A DNA stretch of 64,000 nt from Raillietiella orientalis (Eukaryota). Every line of letters starts with the position of its first letter. The stretch's first letter is position 1. The notes under the pieces were generated by a model. That model did no database searches, was not told the DNA's origin, and saw nothing but the letters and a program-made list of their open reading frames with translations. The stretch is from assembly GCA_036172245.1 (NCBI GenBank), contig JAYWIR010000003.1, forward strand, positions 682,001 through 746,000. The letters are read 5' to 3'. A program made the position numbers and the translations under genes. Below, piece after piece: positions 55,961 through 64,000 of the stretch.

Positions 55961-58489
55961 CTACTGTCCATGGAGCTTTTCCATATGCTGGTTTCCTGGA
56001 AGTAGGAAGGGAAACTGGAGAGCTGAAATGCAGGCCTCGTAGTTTCGATGTACTTCCTGAACGAGAGAATGTGCAAAAGTCAAGGAGGATGCAATGATGG
56101 ACAAGTCGCCGCTTCGGTGAAGATTCTCTGGGGGGGTGGGGGGGTGGGATGAAATTTTCGCGATCGAATATACTTTCGGAATAAAATGAAATCCAGATCG
56201 CGTACATGAGGATTCACTGCGAGGCAGATCAATTCCACCGAAAGCGCGGATAAATCCGATTTCGGTGCCACGAAATGGTCAGCGAATCCGTGAGCAATCT
56301 CGAGTTGGCTGAACGAAAAGGGTTTGCCTCGAAAAACTCAAATCGTATCGATTACGCTAAATTGCAAGTCCGTCATTCATCAGACGTGATTGAGCTTCAA
56401 ACATTCTGCACACTCGAAAGTGCATTTCGATGTAGACTTTTCCATTAAGGCAAAGTGCATCGCTCTTGGGAAGGTGGCCGTTCTCGAACGCGTTCCATAA
56501 TGGAGATAAACGAAAAATCCTGGCAATGCCGCGCTATCTGCTCTCTTACTCGGGTACCAACATCCGTCTCGAAAGCAATATGCTGGCATCTTGAAACCAC
56601 TCTTATTTTCGAAGCTCGCAAGGAAAAGCAACGGCTATTTCTACCACATAAAGCGCAAGCGCAGGATCAAACAAAGGATATCAGAATCGGGAGTATCCCA
56701 TACTCCACATTCCTGCAGATGGCATGCCATAAATGCAGCACGAATGAATGACTGCTGAAGTAGTAAGTGCTGTACTACTTTTCTAAAGTCCTGTACCATG
56801 AGCCATATAAGCAGAGCCTTCTCCTGAAATGGAAGAATGACATTGCTAAATTTGATGAAACAGGGGTAAGCAGGCTGGGTAGGAAATAGGGGAAATCCTC
56901 TATTACGAGAGTCATTGAAATGTGAGCTCAAACAGGGTCCAGCAGAAGAAAAGAAGGTGCCTCAAAAAAGGGCGAAGCAACGATCTCGCAAATCATTGCA
57001 ATAATCCCACGCTCCGACGGTCAACCGACGGATGGTCACAAGCGAAGGACAACGCGCAGCTTGTCATGGCAACACACTCGCCACAGAAGACACACTGCCT
57101 GTCTGTGCAGACAAAAACCATTTCTCTGAAAGGCTAGAAATTCCTCTCCACAACGTGGCCTATAAAACGTTGGCAATAATCATTCGCACAGTACTTCTTG
57201 CTGTATTCACGAAATGAGTAAGACGTATACGAATAGTAGCAAAAAATAGGCGTTTAAAGAGCGTTCCGTTCAGTAGGCACTTCCGTGTGTTCCTCCCTCT
57301 GACTTGAAGATACATACGAGCAGATCTCCTTGGACCTAATAGGCTTCAGAAGAAAATATCGAGAATTCTTGATTCACTTTACTTCAATACACATGCAGAA
57401 ACGGAAGTTCGGAATCAATGCTGCGGATTTGCACTCATCGAAAATATGGATCTACCGTATTTGTTTCAGCGACATAGGCAACGAAAAGGTCAATGGGACA
57501 CAACTTAATAAAGGAAGGCAGTTTTTTTTTTTTAATTATCTACTTTTTTCCCTTGCATCTTGATGTCTTTCGTTTCACGGGTCGGAGCGCAAATTTATGA
57601 GAAGAGTGGGATTTCCTTATAAATGTAGCGTGATGGAATCAATACCCGTTCAGAGATTAAAGGGTAGAAAGAAGTCCGAATGCAAATTCGGCGCTTGAAT
57701 GCCTGTAGATTCTGCAACCATGTAATGCCAATGCACACAGATTAAATACTGGAGGAAAGGATTTGACACTTTGGCCTTTCCGACGGCTTTGCAACGTTTC
57801 CCATCGAAAACTTAAACATCAAATGCAAATTGGGTACACAAGCAGATCGATCTTCAAACCTAAGGCACTATTTTTCAAGGGGAATGCCTATCACACTTTT
57901 TTCTTCCTACTGAGTCTGCACTACAAAGAAACACGAACACTCAGACAATGTGGAAACGCCTCGTTCAATTCCCTACAACCAACGAAACGCATTCGAACAT
58001 GCGAAGCTCTGGGGCTGAAAGGGGTTCCTATCACGAAATTATCAAAGAGTTGGTGGACTTGCTTTGGCAAGACGCGATCGAACCCGTTCGTCCACGGAAG
58101 AGCATCATAATGAAACCCGTAATACTCATAGGGCAATCCCTCTTCCCGCAGAAAACACTTCAGGTACCCTATTTCCAATGTTCCACAGATGTTCTGCCCA
58201 TTTCCTGTACACTTCAATCATTTGAGTTTTCTCCAACCCACATCTGGCTAACGCAGACGCCTCTTCCCAGTATCCAAGGTCTTGAAGATAGGAACACGCA
58301 TCGAGGCCTTTACCAACCAAGAACAAAAATTCAGCACCTGAAAATGAAATCCGAAATTGATCAACGAATGGTTGGTATTTTTTTTTTTTACCTTGCAAAA
58401 TCATACCCGATGCGATCATGTTGGTGCCAATAATCTTTATAAGATTACTGGGTGATTCGGACTCTTTGACAGAGGAGATCAAGCAGGCT
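55961..58489 (-). CDS. WDR11: WD repeat-containing protein 11, last four coding exons; upstream exons lie further right, probably mostly beyond the window
   Basis: Exons 58489-58392 (ACLISSVKESESPSNLIKIIGTNMIASG), 58337-58168 (GAEFLFLVGKGLDACSYLQDLGYWEEASALAR...VYRKWAEHL), 56823-56682 (EKALLIWLMV...RAAFM) and 56070-55961 (DSLVQEVHRNYEACISALQF...GQ*). These match the WDR11 C-terminus as I recall it (IKLVATNMIANG, DACRYLQTYGEWNRAAWLAK, RRWVDHL, KALLVLLSLG). Confidence 0.88.
56071..56681 (-). other. U12-type AT-AC intron (last intron of WDR11)
   Basis: 5' splice site ATATCCTTTG at 56681. Branch site TCCTTGAC at 56086-56079. 3' end ...ttttgcAC at 56072-56071. Phase-1 splicing gives an open terminal exon of 37 codons including the stop. 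Confidence 0.93.
57992..58128 (+). repeat. Copy 1 of a local ~120-135 bp direct repeat (copy 2 at 59575-59692)
   Basis: Near-identical text aacatgcgaagctctgggg...cctatcacgaaattatcaaag.gttggtggacttgctttgg...gatcgaaccc...aatgaaacccgtaatactca at both sites. Confidence 0.93.
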
Positions 58490-59574
58490 CTGGTTGAAAA
58501 CAAACATTAGGTGATCGTTATGCATTAGCACATGCACCTAATACATAGTCAAGCTCTTTCAAAAAAGCGCACCTTTCTAGGTTTAGAATTAAGTCTAAAG
58601 CAAAAAACTGAATGTCATATTTCCAAACCATCCATAAGCTACACGTAAACAGTATCTTCGTGTGAATCATCGACAAGTCCTAACAGAACCCGAATGCTCA
58701 TTCTTTGCACACGCACCGTTCCAGAGTTTCGTTCTTTTCTTTTCGTCTCAGCATAATACATACAACCGTACGCCACTTTAAAAAGCGTACTTCACCTCCA
58801 CAGATTTGCCCTCTCGTGTGGCTGTTTCCAAGAAACCTCGACTCGTTTCTGAGCAGCAGTCAAGACGATCGCTGGCCATAACAGGCGCGAATGCATATCC
58901 ACCACGTGCGATCCCAATTCTGAATTCAGGAAGAGAAGCAGGCTCACCTATCGGGTGGCTTGAAGCGACCGGGATTCGACAAATAGGGCAATATTTTCAG
59001 TGTTACTTGGATTTCACCTCAACTCCTAAGACTTTTCCGATTCTAAAGTGTTGACATTACTTTGCTTTCCGTTCCCAAGTTTGAATTGCATGTTTCTGTA
59101 GAAAGAAAGAACGCAAGTATGTTGAACGAAAGAAGAAGGCAAAGTATGTTGCATTGCTTCAGCATCTATCGTAATTGACGTGATCGTGTGAATGACACTC
59201 AACTTTTGAAGGAAAGAAGGCCTTATTTGTTGTTTCAGATCTCGCCGAAAGACAAGAGACGGTATCCTGAGATGAGGGTTCCTGAAATTCATTTCGACTA
59301 CAGGACGAATCATAGTTCGAATTCGTGTACAGTTGTCCTCTTTTGCATTAAGTGGAAATGAGGGGACTCCAGGGAAACGTGCATTTTCTATTCCTGATTT
59401 CATTGGGTGGGTGACAACGCTCGTACACTGACGTGTCTTTGATACAGTTTTCCTTCGCATTGGAAATTCCCAAGACGAAAGGATACAGGAAAAACACTTC
59501 AAAAGCAAAAATCATGCAAATGTTTCGAGCATGATTTTCGAGGAAGCTCACAAAAACTCAAAATACACCAAATG

Positions 59575-59692
59575 TTCAAACATGCGAAGCTCTGGGGTGA
59601 AAGGGATTCCTATCACGAAATTATCAAAGGGTTGGTGGACTTGCTTTGGAAAGATTCGATCGAACCCATCAGAATGAAACCCGTAATACTCA
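59575..59692 (+). repeat. Copy 2 of the local direct repeat, with an internal deletion relative to copy 1
   Basis: Direct comparison with 57992-58128. Confidence 0.93.
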
Positions 59693-62199
59693 ACCGGGTT
59701 CGCAGGTAAACACGATCAAAGACAATACATACCAACCTGATTAACCATCCGATTGCAAATGCCATAGCTACCTAAACATGCCATTATTCCAGATGCGCAA
59801 TTGGAAGGATGGTACAATGTTTCCTAGGGAAAGAGAGAAAGACAACAGAAAGAGAGAGAAAAAAACAGAAAAAAAAGCGCCTAACTAACTATCCAGATAT
59901 GAAATCAGTGAAATTTTTCGTTCAATCTTTGTGTGTGTACACCAATTTCTACCTTTGTATCAAAACCCGATCGAATAAATTAATGCTTTTTCTCCATAAA
60001 AATACGATACAAACGATAGAAAAAATAATAATTAGAACCATTGTCTTCATTCCATGTTCGTAGATGGGGATCCAGTGGGAATTTAAGGATTTAAAGAAAT
60101 CATGTGCAATCCATCAATGCCTCAAACACAAGGTGTTTACCTCCAGAGTCGTCTATCGTCTGGGTGTGATGCAGAAGCATGAGAAAGCATAAGCCGAATC
60201 CTCCGGATAATAATTTTCTGTACAAAGCAACCGCGTGCACCCATTTGCAGAATCATTAGAAAAACCACGGAAATAGCCGGCTCAGCGGGAATTCTCCAGT
60301 GATTCAGATGATATGCGTTCGAGTGAACTACTGACTGCTGCCGACTCATCAGGCCCAAAAGTAAGGAGCCACTAAGACCTCAGACTGTCACTTCGTCTGA
60401 GGTCCGTAGAAATTCATCCTCCACAAGCAGTCGGGCGATCAACTTACACTAGAGCCCTACTAGCTCTTGAACAAGAAAATGGTCATGAAACTAGGAGATG
60501 CAACAAGCTGCACCTTGAAATGCATCACCAGAATGATCTGATCTCCAAAGCACTTGGGATTCGGAATGATGAGGGAGTAGATTCGAGATCATGAATGCTG
60601 ATCCACTAAAGAGCACGTAGAGAAGGCAAAAAGAGGCGCTTCGAAAAGAAGCGTTTTCAGTTTCCCCGAGTATGCACACAAATGTCATTCTACGGAGATG
60701 TGTCCGAGATACTAGCGAGGGCCTTCGCGTTTCTTGGAGGCAACCCTGGCGTAGTAATTACTGTTTGAAGAGTCTTCAGGGATTTCTCACAAAGTTCCTT
60801 CTCCAGATCAACCCACAATTTCGTTTCTGAAGCAAATTCCTTCAACAAGAAAACGTTCCTAAATACAGATCACACATGGAACTTGGGATCTCATCTTCAA
60901 AACCAAAATCTGAGATACCAGAGACAGAACTCAGGTGTCAATCAGATTCAGGATCAGAAATTCCAAAACGTGGAAGCTCTCAATGAGGAACTAAAGAGAT
61001 TTTTGATGAAATAAACAGGTTGCTTCGAAAACAACAGGGAGAATGGAAAGAAGGTGACGAAGAGAAAAGTGCAAGCTTCTTATCACACTTATTGAGTTGT
61101 TGTCACGGTGCTCCTTCCGAATAAGTACACAGGGTTTCCATGTTGACTCTGTGATTCGTAAAGTTCACGAGAAATACCTTTATTTTGAAAAACAGCTGTC
61201 ACACTCAGATCATTCGTGCTTCACGCTGCCTAGTGACAATGCTGGAAATTAAGGCAGGAACTCGCTGATAAAAAATTCCAGAAATAAAACTCAACAGCCG
61301 CAATGAACCTCAATGAAGAACAACTTTTGCCGATGAAAAGTACTTATTGTAGATACAGTCCTTACACACCTTATTGTCGATGCTACACATGTTCCCTAGC
61401 CAATGAAGAGAACTATGAAAAAAAAGAAAAGCTCAGATGGAAAAAGAGAACGCATCTTTTCGTTCCCTAGCATGAAAACGAACATGTACGGGTATCCATA
61501 GGCAATCCAGTTCAGAAGATGCATGATGATGGAGGCGAATCGTCCCCAATACGTCTTTAGGTACAAGTAAAGGAGTTACGTGCCAATCAAATGATGCTGA
61601 AATTTCACATCGCCACGGGAGAGTGCAGCTGCTAATCTGCATTGTGGCCGAATCCATTCATTCCAAGCATGAGAGTGAAGGCTGCCATCACAAAAAGATC
61701 AGATTAAATCAAATTCTAATGCAAGAATTTCGCAGCTCATTCCCAAAAGGGCCCATACCGTGGGTGATTCTTGGAATGTCTTAGACGGTTGCTTCTCTTG
61801 CCCGGTCCATTTGCTAAAAGTTCAATCATGCAACCGGAACTCTTCAAAGTCAAAAGACCGAGGAGATAATTGCTTGGCATGGGAGGGCGTTTCAGATTCT
61901 CCTTAACTTTCACGCATCAACAGTTCGCGACAGATCTTTTCGTTTCGTGAAGTCGGTCCACAGAAAAGCAAAGTGATACGATGCCAAGACACGGTGCTGC
62001 GAAAGCAATCCCTTTTCCGATTGTGAGTTGGCAAGGAATCCGAGAGGCGCGAAGCTGAACCGCGGCCACATCCAGATAGAGGGAAACCTCATGACAGAAA
62101 AGTCGGACTGAGCAATTCGGGTGGCGGAGGTAAACCTCCCAGGAAGAACCGCAAATTCACTGAGAACCCAGGATGACAGTTACACAGAAAGATGGGAAG

Positions 62200-62950
62200 A
62201 GAAAACCAGCAGCACAGAACGCGCAGAATCTCAGTGTGGCTTCGACGTTAAACGTCGAAGCAATCTTGGGAGTGGCCAGCAGTCGGGTGGAACATCTGCT
62301 CCCAAACATTTTGTAGCGACTCCCCGCTTCCCCTAAACAGTGATTTCCCGGAGGATCTTCGAGTGAACTCTCACTCAGACGAGGACTTTGATAGCACAAA
62401 TCCGGTCCCATCAGGCAACCAGTTCAGGAAAGACATCACCTTGCCCCGGCCCCAACTCCTTGCTCATCCCCGCAGCTTCGATAAAGGCCTTGGATCTTCA
62501 GTTTCGTGAGAACTGGACTGCAATTCGTCCCTCAAGAGAAGAAACCAAACGATGGTCACTGAACGATCTTTGCTTTTCAACCCTAAGTCGATGAACGAAC
62601 TAGAACCTGTTTCACAGAAGGCAAAGTCTTCCTGAGAACTTTTGTCTGGGAAAAGAACATTGGCGTGTTTCGAGTCGCCAAGCAGCAGAGCAAACGCGAT
62701 CCGTCCTTTCCCTGCCGATGATTAGGGACTCGCTCTCACACGATGTCTATTCAGAGTCATGCGCAGGCCATCTGGGCACATCCGTCATCTCGTAAATGGG
62801 TGACGCACTACAGTTTCGTCACGATGAGGGCGCACACAGAACGAGTGGCGAAATTGAAAGGTGGTCTTCCGCAAGCAGACACCGTCTGGTCTTCCGTTCC
62901 AAGGTCAGGCAGAGAGTGAAGAAGTTTCTCCACATTTTCCTCCACAAGCC
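62200..62950 (-). mobile_element. Decayed non-LTR (LINE, possibly RTE-like) reverse transcriptase remnant
   Basis: Frameshifted minus-strand peptides occur in RT order: ESLIIGRE, MFFSQTKVLRKT..KQVLV, SFIDL (about 62590), KIQGLYR (about 62490), GQGDV (about 62440), SGESLQNV, FNVEAT. They resemble xxLIGEEQ, IFxLRQVxEK, AFIDL, AIQSLY, GLRQG, SEExLQ and VNVxKT. Recognised by eye only; boundaries approximate. Confidence 0.5.
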
Positions 62951-63710
62951 CTTTCCTGCATACTTGGAACACACCTAAAGCGCACCGCATTACAATAGGA
63001 GCTGCGCTTAAAGGTTCAAGGACATACTCCAAGTCGGGCTTCAAATCCACACGAGGTGTTCACGGTGAAGCCTTCCAAACATCGCCGCATGCCATAAACC
63101 GGTTATATTTGCTGTTCCAGCTCAAGTCCTGATTCATTTGGTCCTCAAGTGTCCTCCATACAACCTATCGGGTGAGGGTAGCGGCGGACGTATGCTCCTA
63201 AACTTGCATTCGAATCAAAGAATAGAATCTTCGTATTCTGCAGCCTCACTCGCACGATCTCCCTGCATGACCGCAAGGGTGGTCTTATCAACGTTGCATG
63301 TTATAGCTAGAAATGAGGAAGCATAACTCCCGGCTTCTGATATGAAGGATCGAATTCCTTTCTCGAGCTTTCATTACAAGCTGATGCCTCGGTACCTCCT
63401 CCAGGGAACACAAAGGCATCTGTATTACTTCTCCACTCCGGTGACGACAAATCGTGAAACCGCAACGGAGTCTTCCACAATGTAAGTCTGGGAATGGGTT
63501 TTCCTAGACTGCGTTGGGAATATTTCTCAATGAGGAAAAAGATTTTCAATTCCCATCTTGGCGCCCTTTCCCAAAGGGCAATGTACTGGCTGCTTCTTGA
63601 TCACTCACGCCTTGGTTGGGCACGGGAGCAATAGGAACATCTGATGAGGCACCAGGAGATGCTCGTCTGGCCACGCAAGGAGATGAGGCCATGGCAGCTG
63701 CACGGAGCGC

Positions 63711-64000
63711 TCACTTCGAACTCGTGTGCTTCGTCATCGTTTTCGTGCTTCCCGGAAACGTGCGCTTAGTCGGGCATCGAGGCAGCCGCTGTCTGTACCT
63801 CTCGGCTGGTGATGGACGCGCGCTTGCTGGACTGAGACAGACGGGACGCTTCTGCAGAGACGTGCTCGAAGACATCGTTGCACTGAGCTGCTCCTCATCG
63901 ACATGATCTTACTCGAGACTCGGGTGCATCGGCTTCAACTCCCTACAGATGTGGATCGTGTAATTCTCCTTCCGCCGCTTTTTGTTTTCGTCTCCTTTTG
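63711..64000 (-). pseudogene. H2B: Degraded histone H2B pseudogene; 5' end lies beyond the window
   Basis: Minus-strand fragments in order: KKRRKENYTIHICRELKPMHP / NDVFEHVSAEASRLSQSSKRASITSREVQTA / STKTMTKHTSSK*. They are collinear with H2B (RKESYAIYIYKVLKQVHP...[31 protein letters not shown]...GTKAVTKYTSSK*). Premature TAA codons at 63911-63909 and 63768-63766, plus frameshifts and deletions. Confidence 0.9.

Noticed and set aside
60376..60404. Short hairpins (10-bp stem here; 9-bp stems at about 53662 and 11333)
   Set aside because: Short enough to arise by chance in 64 kb, with no supporting context.
63563..63579. GCCCTTT-GGG-AAAGGGC hairpin as a histone 3' stem-loop
   Set aside because: It lies about 130 nt past the H2B stop and does not fit the 6-bp stem / 4-nt U-rich loop consensus.
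63616..63906. 96-aa plus-strand ORF
   Set aside because: Antisense shadow of the H2B pseudogene.
1..64000. CRISPR arrays, rRNA/tRNA genes, bacterial operons or defence systems
   Set aside because: The sequence is spliced eukaryotic DNA. I saw no regularly spaced repeats or recognisable structural RNA genes, though small ncRNAs could be missed by eye.

Overview
Eukaryotic (animal, probably invertebrate) genomic DNA. It carries five intron-containing protein-coding genes, all on the minus strand. From right to left in the window: the 3' end of WDR11; a complete KCMF1 E3 ligase; a complete membrane-anchored histidine acid phosphatase; a complete NRAMP/SLC11 metal transporter; and the 5' ~1,790 codons (24 exons) of an outer-arm axonemal dynein beta heavy chain, which runs off the left edge. 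I traced the exons by hand, and reading frames are consistent across every junction listed. Two neighbouring genes each contain a U12-type (minor spliceosome) intron: a canonical AT-AC intron in WDR11, and a KCMF1 intron with an AT 5' end but no AC at its 3' end (AT-AA, AT-AT or AT-AG). Also present: a decayed histone H2B pseudogene at the right edge, degraded LINE reverse-transcriptase remnants, a pre-miRNA-sized hairpin behind NRAMP, and sharp alternation between AT-rich/CpG-poor and GC-richer blocks. Family assignments come from my recall of homologous sequences, not from database searches. I found no prokaryotic features such as CRISPR arrays or rRNA.
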